In this document: piece after piece, positions 50,658-60,324 of the stretch | How positions within the stretch are numbered: the stretch's first letter is position 1 | How the letters are laid out: each line of letters opens with the position of its first letter | Virus record (IMG/VR): IMGVR_UViG_3300027963_000039 | From: a virus | Direction: 5' to 3' (one strand) | Length of the DNA stretch: 64,000 nt | Made by a program: the position numbers and the translations under genes | The notes under the pieces: generated by a model | What the model saw: only the letters and a program-made list of their open reading frames with translations | Database searches by the model: none | What the model was told of the DNA's origin: nothing

Positions 50658-51212
50658 ATGAAAAAAATTATTACGATTTTTAGTTTAGTTGTTTCAAGTT
50701 CAGTTTTTGCGGTTGATAGTTTTACGATTTCATCAGCTAATGTTGACAATATTGGTAAAGCTGCACAAACGCAATATTCGCTTGTTGTAAGAAAAGACCT
50801 TACCGATAATCTTACGGCTGATGCGGGTATGTGGAATACGCAAACTGAAGGTACAAAGGCCTTGGGTACAAGGTTGGAGACAGGTTTAACCGTATCAGAA
50901 AAATACGGAAGTTTTACTCCTTATCTCCGCACATCTGTGGGTCAAAGATATACACCCAAATCAGATTATAGTTATTATGCAATTGAACCGGGTATACAAG
51001 CAAAGCTAGGAGAGTCTGGATTCACAGCTTCAGTTGGTTATCGCTATCGTAATGCGTTTGATAGTGATGTTAACGCCGACCAAACAAACACGATGCGTTA
51101 TGGTTTAAGCTATGCATTAACGAAAAAAGATAGTGTTGGTGTTCGTTATGATCGTGTAAGTGGTGATAGTGATCAGAAAACAGTTAATCTAAATTATACT
51201 CGAGCATTTTAA
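50658..51212 (+). CDS. Outer-membrane beta-barrel protein
   Basis: Signal peptide, alternating amphipathic strands, C-terminal Y..F. Confidence 0.75.
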   Translation: MKKIITIFSLVVSSSVFAVDSFTISSANVDNIGKAAQTQYSLVVRKDLTDNLTADAGMWNTQTEGTKALGTRLETGLTVSEKYGSFTPYLRTSVGQRYTPKSDYSYYAIEPGIQAKLGESGFTASVGYRYRNAFDSDVNADQTNTMRYGLSYALTKKDSVGVRYDRVSGDSDQKTVNLNYTRAF

Positions 51213-51235
51213 TTGAGTAAATTAGTATAGATGAG

Positions 51236-51259
51236 AACCCCGCTTCGGCGGGGTTTTTT
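51236..51259 (+). terminator. Rho-independent terminator with UUCG loop between convergent genes
   Basis: AACCCCGC-TTCG-GCGGGGTT followed by T tract. Confidence 0.9.
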
Positions 51260-51264
51260 ATTGG

Positions 51265-52740
51265 TTAAACGATTCTCGTACTTGCAAGTAACATCTTTTG
51301 AAAAGATGGTTCCATATTTCTTACAGCAGGTAAATATTTTTTCGGTGGTACTGGACCACCATCACTATTGACTGTTGTATTTTTAACACTAGTAACAGGA
51401 TCGGATCTAGATTGGGGTAAATTTAAATCTACATTTTGTGAATTGACCGCATTTAGTTTTGATCCTAGATTAGGAGTTTCCATTGGTTCTGCTTTTGCAG
51501 CAGGACTGCCATTGAGTTGATTTGAAGATTCTGTGCCACCTGAAGCCATCGGTGCAGCAGGTGTTGCTGGTGCAGGTGTTGCTGGTGCAGGTGTTGCTGG
51601 TGATTCGGTTGTTCCTTGTGGTATAGGTGTAGCTGTTTTTCTAGTACCATCTTCATTATAATTTTCGCCGTATCTCTGGTCCCAAGCAGATGCTCGCACA
51701 CCATGGGCAAGTTTGCTTCCACCTGTTCCTGGCTTTCCTGCAATAAAATCGGCCTTTGATGGAACATTTTCTTTTAGTCCTAAATCGGCATCACTTCTTT
51801 GTGGTGGAATTTCATATACCTTTTCATCATCAGCAATCTTTTGAACCTTTTCTCTACCACCCATTTCCAACAAAAGCTTTTCCTTGGCATCACCTTCTTC
51901 CATGGCTAAAGCTTCTTTAGCTAGTTGGCGACCATTCTTAATAATATCTTCTAGTTTTTCACGGCCGCCCAATTTTTCAATATCTCGGGCACTTCCATTT
52001 TGTAAAATTGCCTGTGCTTCATCAGGACTTAAAGCTTTCATATTAGCCGTGTTTTCAGCTAACTTTTTTAGTCCAAAAGACATTAAAGCAATAAGAGCAA
52101 CCATAGAAGTTGCACCTAATAACGCAAGACCTACCGGACTTGCAAACCAACGTAACACACTCATCAAAGTTTTTGCTACATTAACACCACCAAGTAAATC
52201 CGCCAAAGAAAAACCATCTTCACTTTTTAATTTTACTGCTGTTGCTTTACCTGAATATGGTTTACCGGTAATCGCTTCAATTAATTCTTTGTGTCTTTTT
52301 AATTTCTCAATATCATTTTCTTCTTTATAATTATTTTGTTTTTCTCTACGCTTCCTTTCATCATCAAGTGATTTTTTCATTAACACATAGATTTTTTCTA
52401 GTGTCTTAGAGAAACCGCCAGTTGATTGTAATTGAGGAATTCTAGTTGATCTTTCTCCCATTGCCGAAGCTCGACCACCTCTTTTAACACCTGAAAAGAA
52501 ATCAATTGATTCACGGCTTCTTCCTGTAGCTTTACCCAGCATAGCAGGAGCCCAATTACTACCAAATGTAAGAAACTTGGCAATATTCATTGGATCAAAT
52601 GTTTGCTTGATGCGTGTTGCTCTGGCTTTTGATTTTAAAGAAATAGTCTTTCTAAGTGACGAAAAGGCACCACCCTCTTGTTCAGCAAGAAGTGTGCCAA
52701 AAGATTTGTTTCTTATGTTTTGTGCTTGTCTGTAGTCCAT
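51265..52740 (-). CDS. Tape-measure/baseplate-hub-like protein, paralog B
   Basis: N-terminus shared with the upstream gene; hydrophobic segment; Pro/Ala-rich tail; tail-module position. Confidence 0.55.
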   Translation of the reverse strand: MDYRQAQNIRNKSFGTLLAEQEGGAFSSLRKTISLKSKARATRIKQTFDPMNIAKFLTFGSNWAPAMLGKATGRSRESIDFFSGVKRGGRASAMGERSTRIPQLQSTGGFSKTLEKIYVLMKKSLDDERKRREKQNNYKEENDIEKLKRHKELIEAITGKPYSGKATAVKLKSEDGFSLADLLGGVNVAKTLMSVLRWFASPVGLALLGATSMVALIALMSFGLKKLAENTANMKALSPDEAQAILQNGSARDIEKLGGREKLEDIIKNGRQLAKEALAMEEGDAKEKLLLEMGGREKVQKIADDEKVYEIPPQRSDADLGLKENVPSKADFIAGKPGTGGSKLAHGVRASAWDQRYGENYNEDGTRKTATPIPQGTTESPATPAPATPAPATPAAPMASGGTESSNQLNGSPAAKAEPMETPNLGSKLNAVNSQNVDLNLPQSRSDPVTSVKNTTVNSDGGPVPPKKYLPAVRNMEPSFQKMLLASTRIV

Positions 52741-54620
52741 TATTTCTTATCAGCCTTTTTAACTGGAGCAGGTCTATCATCTGGCCTTGTTGATCCTGAT
52801 GGTGGCATTTGATTAGACTGATTAACCGTTGTGTTGTTTACATTTGTTGGTGTTGGAGTATCTTTATTTAACTCATTTCGCATTTGAGTATTTTGTTGAG
52901 AGGATTTATCAATTTGTGAACCTGTACTAGAATCAGCTGGAACCATTTGAGCACTCAAATCTTCTTTTTGATATTTTTCCGCCAATACCGCACGATCCTT
53001 TGCCTTTTTACCTGTAGGATCAGAAAAACCAACGGCTGTATTTACTAATGAAATATCTTCAAGTCTTCCTGGATCACCTTTAGTTAGTTTTGATTTATAA
53101 TTTAAAAAGAACCAAGGTATAGATTTTGCAGCGATTTCAGGAGAATTAAGTAAATCTGGATTCGAAACTAAATCTATTTTAAGATAATCACCTAAAGCTT
53201 TGTAAGCATTTTTTCCTGTGATTTGTAAAAAACCTCGACCTCTATATTTCCATCCGTCACCTGGTTCAGAATTTCCGTCAGTCTTTGCATATACATGATT
53301 GGCTAATTTTTCACTTCTGTCGTCTCCTTCTTTTGAAACAAATTGTTGAGCAAATTCTAGTGTAGGTATTCTATTTTTATTGAAAGTATTTTGTATTCCC
53401 TCTGGAGTTCTATAAAACAAACTTTCATTTTTAGGAACAAAATTTGATTCCGATTCTACTTGAGCTAACACATTTGCTTGTGCTTTAGCAGATAACCCTG
53501 CGGCCACCAAAGCTGCAATAACCGCACCTTTGCCTCCAGAAACGGGAGGAATTTTTAGTGCTTTTTGTGCTGGTGGTTTTGTTGTGACTGATTTTGGTGC
53601 AGCGGGTGCAGGTTGTGCTGGGGCTTGTTGAGCGGGTGGTTGTGTTTGTTGTTTAGGTGCAGGTTGCGCTGTAGGTTGTTGCTGTTGAGCACTTTCAGCT
53701 TCTTTTTTCTGTCTAGTTGCTGTTTCTTTAGCTTCTCTATCAGCCTTATCTCTAGCATCTTTAGCTTCTCTATCAGCTTTGTCTTTGGCTTGTTTACTCT
53801 CTCTGTCAGCTTTATCTTTTGCGTCTTTAGCTTCTTTGTCAGCTTTGTCTTTGGCTTCTTTTTGTGATTTATCTTTGGCTTCTCTATCAGCCTTATCTTT
53901 GGCTTCTCTATCAGCCTTATCTTTAGCAGCTTTATCTTTAGCTTCTCTATCAGCCTTATCTTTAGCAGCTTTATCTGTTTGTTGCTTTTGTGCTGGTTTT
54001 TCAGCAGGTTTTTCAGCAGGTTTTTGTGTTGCTGGTTTTTCAGCAGGTTTTTGTGCTGCTGGTTTTTCAGCAGGTTTTGACGGCTCGCCAGGTTTTTTAG
54101 GTTCTTCTATTTTCTTAGGACGACCAACTTTTTTTGGCACACGTTTAAGAGTGAGTGCCTTTAATATTTGTTCGTGTCTTTTTTGTTCAACTTTATTTTC
54201 ACGTTTATTTTCTTTATCGTCCTCTTTGTTCCATTTGGCTATCTGTTTTTCACGTTCTTTAATAATTCTCTCAATGCCTTTAACAGACTCAATTATGGGA
54301 TTAACAGGTTTATTTTCAGAATCACCGTCTTGAACAGCAGCAGAACGACCAACACCGGAAGGTCTTGCACCAGTAAAATGTGCAATATCAGATTGTTTTC
54401 TTCCGGTCATTTTACCCATCATAGCAGGAGCCCAATTACTACCAAAAGTCATCTTTTTGGCAATATTCATTGGATCGAACGTTTCTTTTATACCCGTTAC
54501 GTTTGCTCGGGTTTTGGATGAAATTGCAGAACCTATAGACGAAAGTAAGCCACCCTCTTGTTCAGCCAAAAGAGAGCTAAATGATTTTTTTCTTATCTTA
54601 GCTGCTGAACGATAATCCAT
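52740..54620 (-). CDS. Tape-measure-like protein with GH19 lysozyme domain, paralog A
   Basis: ES.F, GDGWKYRGRGFLQITGK.Y and NPDLL motifs; charged low-complexity repeats. Confidence 0.75.
   Translation of the reverse strand: MDYRSAAKIRKKSFSSLLAEQEGGLLSSIGSAISSKTRANVTGIKETFDPMNIAKKMTFGSNWAPAMMGKMTGRKQSDIAHFTGARPSGVGRSAAVQDGDSENKPVNPIIESVKGIERIIKEREKQIAKWNKEDDKENKRENKVEQKRHEQILKALTLKRVPKKVGRPKKIEEPKKPGEPSKPAEKPAAQKPAEKPATQKPAEKPAEKPAQKQQTDKAAKDKADREAKDKAAKDKADREAKDKADREAKDKSQKEAKDKADKEAKDAKDKADRESKQAKDKADREAKDARDKADREAKETATRQKKEAESAQQQQPTAQPAPKQQTQPPAQQAPAQPAPAAPKSVTTKPPAQKALKIPPVSGGKGAVIAALVAAGLSAKAQANVLAQVESESNFVPKNESLFYRTPEGIQNTFNKNRIPTLEFAQQFVSKEGDDRSEKLANHVYAKTDGNSEPGDGWKYRGRGFLQITGKNAYKALGDYLKIDLVSNPDLLNSPEIAAKSIPWFFLNYKSKLTKGDPGRLEDISLVNTAVGFSDPTGKKAKDRAVLAEKYQKEDLSAQMVPADSSTGSQIDKSSQQNTQMRNELNKDTPTPTNVNNTTVNQSNQMPPSGSTRPDDRPAPVKKADKK
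53700..54080 (-). repeat. Coding tandem repeats (KAD.EAKD and KPAEKPA)
   Basis: Repeated gcttctctatcagccttatct and ggtttttcagca units on the + strand. Confidence 0.85.
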
Positions 54621-54623
54621 TTA

Positions 54624-54818
54624 CTATTTTCTTTGTCTCTCTTTTAGTTTCTGGTTTTCTTCTTCAATATATTGTATCAGCATGGTGACGTAAATATCCC
54701 GTTCCCAAGGCAGCATCGCTTCGAGTTCGGTAAGACTATACTTATGGTGTTGCATCAATGAAAAGTTAGTCTTGTAATAATTCTTCAGATTGTCATGACG
54801 AAAGGTTAGCCGAAAAAA
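54624..54818 (-). CDS. gp51: gp51-like baseplate hub assembly protein, probably reached by -1 frameshift from gp26
   Basis: Manual translation FFRLTFRHDNLKNYYKTNFSLMQHHKYSLTELEAMLPWERDIY...; first in-frame ATG is at 54755. Confidence 0.75.
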   Translation of the reverse strand, partial: FFRLTFRHDNLKNYYKTNFSLMQHHKYSLTELEAMLPWERDIYVTMLIQYIEEENQKLKERQRK

Positions 54819-55537
54819 TCTTCGAGGCCTTCTACAGAAAGATGGTGCTCAAAACCGCATTTGCTGCAGGTAACATCAATATTGTGTTTCATTCTAGGCA
54901 GATTGTTAAAGAAATTTTCAACCTTTTCAAATTGTTCCTGGTTCATACTCTCAACAAATTCCATCATCTCACCAGGTTCAGCTTCTCTTGCATAATAAAA
55001 TTCTTCAGTCGGCACCTCATAAATGTACTCGATACTGTTTGCAATCATGTTGAATGTAACTTCATTAATGTCATCCAACTCCATGGAATCTTTAATGAGA
55101 CCAAATTCTGGATATTTCATTTTTACGATGATTTTATCCGATATCTTAATTTCTGGATTATTATTTTCTGGTTGTTGAACCTTCACTTGCATCAAATCAA
55201 CATCTTTTTCCATAATGTTACCACACTCTTTATCTTCAACAGCATTGTTGCAACGGTATCTGGTTTGGATAATTTCTCCAACAGATTTTGCACGTAGTTG
55301 AATAAAGTAATATTCAACATCAACAATAGGCAATTTATCGATTTCGATATTTTCTGTTACTGTACAGTTGTGAAGAATATCGTGTACGTTTTGTTGAATA
55401 GTTGCACTTTCTCCTGATTCTACTGCCATCAGAAGATTCTTTTGTTCTTTCACTAAGAACGGTCTGAATTTAATTTTTTTCTTTGAAACCGGCAATTCCA
55501 TTTCATATGTCGGCACATCAAGTTTAGGCAAAGCCAT
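54806..55537 (-). CDS. gp26: Baseplate hub assembly protein gp26
   Basis: MALPK, RPFLVKE, LRAKSVGE and GLEDFF motifs. Confidence 0.88.
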   Translation of the reverse strand: MALPKLDVPTYEMELPVSKKKIKFRPFLVKEQKNLLMAVESGESATIQQNVHDILHNCTVTENIEIDKLPIVDVEYYFIQLRAKSVGEIIQTRYRCNNAVEDKECGNIMEKDVDLMQVKVQQPENNNPEIKISDKIIVKMKYPEFGLIKDSMELDDINEVTFNMIANSIEYIYEVPTEEFYYAREAEPGEMMEFVESMNQEQFEKVENFFNNLPRMKHNIDVTCSKCGFEHHLSVEGLEDFFG

Positions 55538-55566
55538 AATATCTCCTTAATATATTAATAAAATAA

Positions 55567-56256
55567 TTATCTACCACCAAAAGTAGATTTGATAGATTCT
55601 AAAGAACCGCTGGCTACCGATTCTGGTATAGAATTGATACCAGTGCCAATACCACCAAACGCATTTAGTCCTCCAAGAGCATCGGCAACCAGACCAATAC
55701 CCGCATCGACAACTTCCATGCCAAGAGCTTGTAGAGAGTTGTTTTTCCAATAAGTGTAAGCAAAAGTAACACTTAATTTATGATACCCGTCATTCGACCA
55801 ATCTAAATCTAATTGATTCATTGAAACAGGAAAAGCATCAAACATATTAACAGAATACGATGGTTGATTAGTTACATCATATTGCGTTACTGTAAGAATG
55901 GTTGCATAATCACTTTTATATCTGTGATTGTAATTATACGTTGGATTCATGTAGTTCATCCACGCATCGAAAAACACCTTTTGGTTCATGTCGTCATCAA
56001 CAATAAAAGTTAGGTCAATATCGTTGTAAGTAGTTTCATAAGGAAATTTTTCAATCGGATTTGAACCGATTCTTTGTTCTAGTGTTGCAAAAGTTCTACC
56101 TGGAAGTTGTGCCGCTTCGCAACGGAACGAAAGATTTCTAGAACTTTGAATATATGGCAATAACGTTAAAGGAATAGGTATATCTACCTGAAACTTATTA
56201 GGTCTGGCAATGTCTTTCTTAAAACTAGATTGGAATTCTGATATTGAACCCGGCAT
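55567..56256 (-). CDS. gp54: Tail tube initiator gp54 (gp19-like fold)
   Basis: ARPNKF, LPGR, AFP and VTFAY motifs. Confidence 0.7.
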   Translation of the reverse strand: MPGSISEFQSSFKKDIARPNKFQVDIPIPLTLLPYIQSSRNLSFRCEAAQLPGRTFATLEQRIGSNPIEKFPYETTYNDIDLTFIVDDDMNQKVFFDAWMNYMNPTYNYNHRYKSDYATILTVTQYDVTNQPSYSVNMFDAFPVSMNQLDLDWSNDGYHKLSVTFAYTYWKNNSLQALGMEVVDAGIGLVADALGGLNAFGGIGTGINSIPESVASGSLESIKSTFGGR

Positions 56257-56859
56257 TTAGTGTTTCCTTATTTCGTTTATCGATTCTTGCCAAACTTTTT
56301 GTGGTTTGGCTTTCTTAAATTGTTGCATAGGTAAGAATACTGCCACTTCCCATTCATTTGGTTGGATGGCAAGTATTTTGGACTTAACATGACCATACAA
56401 ATAACGTTTAAAGCATGGCCTGAACTCTTTAAACCGCTTGGAAGACGATAGGATTTCATACGTGACTCTCAGTCGCTTAATCTCGTCCTCATCGTTATAC
56501 ATTGCATAGGACATTAATTTGTTTAAAAATGCCACTCTGTATCTGATAGGTAGGTAATGTAGATTTAGTCCTGTAAATCCTTCTTTATCTCTATCTAGTA
56601 TTAATACCAAAGGAAATCTGTCATAATATGGTAAATCTTCTTTGGTTTTTGGATCATAATAAAAACAATACAATCTGCCTAAAATAAATCTACTTACTTT
56701 TCTGAAACCTTCTCTATTAACTTCAGCTGCAATTCGAGATGGGTTTCGAATGTCTGCAATTTTTTGAAGAAGCCATTTATATGACTCTTTCGATAAAAAA
56801 TCGAGTTGAGCCGCACTTCTTTCAGCGGAGATAAGCGTTAGTTTTGATTGGTTGGCCAT
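56257..56859 (-). CDS. gp2: DNA end protector gp2
   Basis: YDPKTK..LPYYDRFPL and GLNLHYL motifs. Confidence 0.9.
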   Translation of the reverse strand: MANQSKLTLISAERSAAQLDFLSKESYKWLLQKIADIRNPSRIAAEVNREGFRKVSRFILGRLYCFYYDPKTKEDLPYYDRFPLVLILDRDKEGFTGLNLHYLPIRYRVAFLNKLMSYAMYNDEDEIKRLRVTYEILSSSKRFKEFRPCFKRYLYGHVKSKILAIQPNEWEVAVFLPMQQFKKAKPQKVWQESINEIRKH

Positions 56860-56872
56860 AATTAATATTTAG

Positions 56873-57313
56873 TTACAATCCTAGGTGTTCTTCTGTTAAA
56901 ATTTTGAATTCCCAACCACGATCCAAACAATACTCACTAGCTGCTTTCCATTTTGCTTTATTTACTGCAAACGTGTAAACTTCATTTATGTACTGTTTTG
57001 TAACTCTTGATTTTTTGGCAGGTTCTTCTGTTTGATACTTTGGTTTAACTTCTATCAAATAACTTTTTACTATTCCTTGTTTGTTCTTTATTTGTGCAAA
57101 AAAATCAACAAAATATCTTCTGTAATTGCCTTTAAGTGGGTCTTTGTAAGGAATTATGATTTCCTCACTGGACCAAGATACAACATCTGGTGATGTGTCT
57201 AACCAGACGCAAACTTTTGTTTCCCAAGATGATCTCACCCAAATGTTGGTGTGATCACCTCGATACTTTTGCGGATTTCTAGGTTTCCATTTATGTGGTT
57301 CAGGTCTTGCCAT
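56873..57313 (-). CDS. gp4: Head completion nuclease gp4
   Basis: RSSWE, WSSEE, RYFVDF, EVKP and N.AKW motifs. Confidence 0.92.
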   Translation of the reverse strand: MARPEPHKWKPRNPQKYRGDHTNIWVRSSWETKVCVWLDTSPDVVSWSSEEIIIPYKDPLKGNYRRYFVDFFAQIKNKQGIVKSYLIEVKPKYQTEEPAKKSRVTKQYINEVYTFAVNKAKWKAASEYCLDRGWEFKILTEEHLGL

Positions 57314-57336
57314 ATTATATTTCTTTGGGAATGCTC

Positions 57337-57344
57337 TATAAATA
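57337..57344 (+). promoter_or_regulatory. T4-type late promoter
   Basis: TATAAATA upstream of gp48. Confidence 0.75.
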
Positions 57345-57374
57345 CTATGTATATCTTTATTTTAAGAGGACTCA

Positions 57375-58340
57375 ATGGCAATCATATCAATTCCATCATC
57401 AATTGGTGGTGTAACAATACCAGGAAGTGTCACAAACGGACCTTTGGGTATGTTGTTTGGTAAACGTGGCAGCAATGACAGTTTGCAATATCCTAGGGAC
57501 TTGGGTTCTGCTACCAGAGGACACTCAGTAAGATTTGAGATTTTTGAGATAGAACCCATCGGATATCAAGAAGGAAAAGAAACAAGCTTTAGTTCTATTG
57601 GTTCAGGTATTGTTGAGTCTGGCAAAAAAGTTTACAATACTGCGATAGAGTTGGCCAAAAACGGCAATACTAATGGGATGAAACCTCAAGATAAAGTTAA
57701 CATTTCATTAAACCCAAATATGTCAAAAAAAGCTGTTGCGACAATTGATTTATATATGCCCGAAACGATGGCTTTTCAATATCAATCATCTTACAACGAT
57801 ATCAGTTTGAAGGAAGCTGTGCAAAGCGCAGCTCAGGGAGTCGCTGGCATGGATCGTAGCGGTATAGCAGGTTCCATTGTTCAGGGTGTTAATGGTGTGA
57901 TTGACTCCGATATTGCAAAACTTACACTAAAATCTCAAGGCCTTGCAATTAATCCTATGCAGCAAATGGTTTTCCAAGGTATTGATTTCAGAGAATATCA
58001 ATTGGCATTTACATTTACACCATATTCAAAACAAGAAGCTCAAACAGTCGAAAAAATTATTAAAAAGTTTAAAGCACATGCTGCGCCAAGAATTACAACA
58101 GGTGCTGCCGGAATGTTTTTTATTCCACCATCCACATTCAAAATCAAATTTCTTTTTAAAGGTAAAGAAAATCCAAACGTTAATAAAGTTGAAGATTCAG
58201 TTATCACAAGTATTGATGTTAATTATGCACCCAATGGTTGGTCAACACATTCTGATGGTGCACCTGTACAAACAACACTCACGATGAACCTGAAAGAAAC
58301 AGTTCTTATCGATAGAGCCAAGATTGAAGCAGGATATTAA
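57375..58340 (+). CDS. gp48: Baseplate tail tube cap gp48
   Basis: YP.DL, LYMP, NP....FQG..FR and VNYAP motifs. Confidence 0.82.
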   Translation: MAIISIPSSIGGVTIPGSVTNGPLGMLFGKRGSNDSLQYPRDLGSATRGHSVRFEIFEIEPIGYQEGKETSFSSIGSGIVESGKKVYNTAIELAKNGNTNGMKPQDKVNISLNPNMSKKAVATIDLYMPETMAFQYQSSYNDISLKEAVQSAAQGVAGMDRSGIAGSIVQGVNGVIDSDIAKLTLKSQGLAINPMQQMVFQGIDFREYQLAFTFTPYSKQEAQTVEKIIKKFKAHAAPRITTGAAGMFFIPPSTFKIKFLFKGKENPNVNKVEDSVITSIDVNYAPNGWSTHSDGAPVQTTLTMNLKETVLIDRAKIEAGY

Positions 58341-58342
58341 AA

Positions 58343-58945
58343 ATGCAATATTTCAACACTCTACCAAAAATATTATACACCGATAAAACAGGTGTGTCTA
58401 AAATATTCACGAACCTTATGGCTCGTGTTAGTATGATTCCCGACACTTTGCAGAATCCTTTGGTATTTTATGATTATGACGTTCAAGAAGGTGATACTCC
58501 AGAAATAATTGCATACAAATACTATGGAGATTCATATAGATATTGGATGGTTTTATTTGCAAATCAAATATTGGATCCACAATGGCAATGGCCTATGAAT
58601 TCGCAAACGTTTGAATCTTATGTTCAAAATAAGTATCCCGACATTAATCCAAACGAAGAAATACATCATTATTTAAAAACAATTACGACAACAGACAATT
58701 CGACAGGTACAGTTACAACAGATAATATCATAATTGACGAAACGGCATATAATGCCCTCGCACGAACAACTACAACTTACACATTACCTAGCGGATATAC
58801 TACAACAGTTGTAACAGACAAATCATTTATTACTGTGATTGAATATGAGCAAGATGAAAACGAAAAGAATAGAAATATCAAATTAGTAAACGCAAGATAT
58901 GCTGATCAATTAGAAAAAGAATTTAAATCATTAATGGCGACTTAA
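58343..58945 (+). CDS. gp53: Baseplate wedge gp53
   Basis: YF..LP, GDTPEIIAYKYYG, WP and NEKNRNI motifs. Confidence 0.88.
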   Translation: MQYFNTLPKILYTDKTGVSKIFTNLMARVSMIPDTLQNPLVFYDYDVQEGDTPEIIAYKYYGDSYRYWMVLFANQILDPQWQWPMNSQTFESYVQNKYPDINPNEEIHHYLKTITTTDNSTGTVTTDNIIIDETAYNALARTTTTYTLPSGYTTTVVTDKSFITVIEYEQDENEKNRNIKLVNARYADQLEKEFKSLMAT

Positions 58946-58947
58946 TT

Positions 58948-60324
58948 ATGGCAACCGTTTTACCGAATACAGCATCTCCAGTAGAGACTAAAGGTATTTT
59001 AGGACCTCAAGATTATGCTATAAAAACACTAAATCTTTTGTTTGCCAATGGTCAAAGGATGGAATTGAAGAAACTGGTTTTTTCTTTAGATTACTACGAA
59101 GATATCTATAGCTTTGTTACATCAGGATCAATTACTTTAAATGATGCACAAGGTTTTCCTGAGTTGTTACAATTAACGGGAAACGAATTCATCGAAATTA
59201 ATTTTGGTAAATATAAAGATTCTGTTAATTCAACAGACCAAATCTTTCGTGTATACAAGATGGGTGAAAGAAACCCAGGTAAAAATTTAAATTCTCAAAG
59301 ATTCACACTTTATTTTTGTTCGGAAGAATTGTTATTGTCTGAACAAACAAAAATAAGCAAATCATATTCTGGCCAAAAAATCTCAGAAATCGTTTGGGAT
59401 GTTTTGTTGGAACAAATGCAAGTCGATGCTAAAAAAATATATAATATCGAAGAAACGACTGGTGTCTATGATTTCTTGGTACCAAGATTAAAACCTTTTG
59501 AAGCTATTAGTTGGGTGTCAACATATGCACGACCAGAAGGCACAGATTTGGTTGGTGCAGATATGTTATTTTTTGAAACAAAAGATGGATACAATTTTAG
59601 ATCCATACAGTCGATGATATCTGGTGTGCCTTATGCAACGTACAAATATCAGTTACAGAACGTAGATAATCTTGGTGGATTACAAAACAAGTTATCTAGT
59701 ATTTTGGAATATGAATTTACAAAAGTTTATGATGCACTTTCAGAAATTTCAAATGGAACTTTTGCTAATAAGTTATTAACGATAGACCCTCTGACCAGAT
59801 CGTTTAAAAGTACAAATTTTGATTATAGTGACTTTCAGAAACATGTAAAAACTTTAAACGAAGGAACGATAACAAATAATGTGACTAATAGATTGGGAAA
59901 AACAATTAGTGAAGCTTCTGATAGTGTTTTGAAATTTATGACATCAAATGCGGATCAATTGTCTGTGCCTTTTATTAAAAATAAACAAGCCGGTGTGGCC
60001 AAAGATATATATGCGGAGACTTATGTTCCTCAAAGAACAGCACAACTTGCACTAGCAAATTACAACGTGATTAAATTAACTATTCCTGGTGATCCTGGTA
60101 TTACAGCTGGCAGAACTATTCAACTTGATCTACCATCAATCAAACCATCAACCAGTACTAGACAATCTGATAAATTCTATTCAGGTAAATATTTGGTGAC
60201 AGCAGTAAGGCAAATGATTGGTGTGAATACATTTCAGACCGTTTTGGAAATTGCAAAAGATAGTTTCCCAAATAGTCCGGCTTCTGCTGATAATACGGCA
60301 TTTAAATCGAGTGTGAAAGCATAA
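58948..60324 (+). CDS. Baseplate hub protein (gp27-like)
   Basis: YEDI, FFET..GYNF, PGD and SGKYLVT motifs; between gp53 and gp5. Confidence 0.7.
   Translation: MATVLPNTASPVETKGILGPQDYAIKTLNLLFANGQRMELKKLVFSLDYYEDIYSFVTSGSITLNDAQGFPELLQLTGNEFIEINFGKYKDSVNSTDQIFRVYKMGERNPGKNLNSQRFTLYFCSEELLLSEQTKISKSYSGQKISEIVWDVLLEQMQVDAKKIYNIEETTGVYDFLVPRLKPFEAISWVSTYARPEGTDLVGADMLFFETKDGYNFRSIQSMISGVPYATYKYQLQNVDNLGGLQNKLSSILEYEFTKVYDALSEISNGTFANKLLTIDPLTRSFKSTNFDYSDFQKHVKTLNEGTITNNVTNRLGKTISEASDSVLKFMTSNADQLSVPFIKNKQAGVAKDIYAETYVPQRTAQLALANYNVIKLTIPGDPGITAGRTIQLDLPSIKPSTSTRQSDKFYSGKYLVTAVRQMIGVNTFQTVLEIAKDSFPNSPASADNTAFKSSVKA

Noticed and set aside
53613-54521. Long + strand ORFs (for example 53779-54333)
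   Set aside because: They are antisense shadows of the low-complexity repeats in the minus-strand gene.
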